Shown: positions 63,536-64,000 of the stretch, in pieces
How positions within the stretch are numbered: the first letter of the stretch is position 1
How the letters are laid out: each line of letters starts with the position of its first letter
Source: Obrimoposthia wandeli
Taxonomy: Eukaryota
DNA length: 64,000 nucleotides
Direction of reading: 5' to 3'
Assembly: GCA_977020255.1 (NCBI GenBank)
Contig: CDROCS010001625.1
Location: 744,001-808,000, forward strand
Notes under the pieces: model-generated
Databases searched by the model: none
What the model saw: only the letters and a program-made list of their open reading frames with translations
What the model was told of the DNA's origin: nothing
Program-made: the position numbers and the translations under genes

Positions 63536-64000
63536 TCTGTTTGAGAAGCTAATATCCAACTAGGTTCAGTATATCCGTGCCACTTAACTCGATATTATTT
63601 ATGCTTTCCTCTCCCTTTTGTTTCTAAGATTTCATGAATTCTATATACATTTTGTTTTCAGTTAATACTTGTAATTCTGCATGATAAAATTTACCGGTGA
63701 TTTCATTATTGGTTTCATCCTCAATGAAATACATTACTGGTACATGTTTTTTTATCGATTTTAATTATACAAAATACTTCATCACTCCAATTCTCTTTGA
63801 AATTCTTTATAAAAGGAGTAGTACTAATTTGAGAAATACGTACATAATAACCAATTTTATACTTCGGTTTCTTTACAACTTGACTTTGATTAGCATTCCA
63901 TAGCATTCTCATTTGTAACATAAACCGGTCTCTTTCCTTCTTATGATGAGTGTTCACTATGATTGTATGCATGTATTATTTGAGATAAAACCGTGATCCA
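63532..64000 (-). pseudogene. Polinton integrase, second copy (3' part, runs off window)
   Basis: Near-identical to 3559-4028, including a shared premature stop. Confidence 0.92.

Overview
Very AT-rich eukaryotic DNA, probably from an invertebrate animal (spliceosomal introns, animal-type transposon families); no rRNA, tRNA or CRISPR array was seen. (1) Both ends carry decayed, scrambled Polinton/Maverick (adintovirus-like) sequence: protein-primed PolB pieces from at least two divergent lineages, integrase, packaging ATPase and minor capsid (penton-like) gene. Also present are a small amphipathic protein, a decayed dual-specificity phosphatase, and terminus-like modules including a perfect 74-bp palindrome. 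(2) Positions 1-4028 are a near-identical direct copy of 58556-64000, except that the left copy lacks about 1.42 kb containing the PolB C-terminus and the terminal module; the match runs off both window edges. (3) The centre holds a host gene missed by the ORF track. Eighteen phase-compatible exons (18445-45875, 1328 nt) plus two less certain ones encode a long coiled-coil protein with an intermediate-filament-like coil-1A motif. Its introns range from 40 nt to several kb and are filled with pogo/Tigger, Tc1/mariner, hAT, Ty3/Gypsy and LINE relics. All assignments come from by-eye translation and motif recognition; no database search was run.
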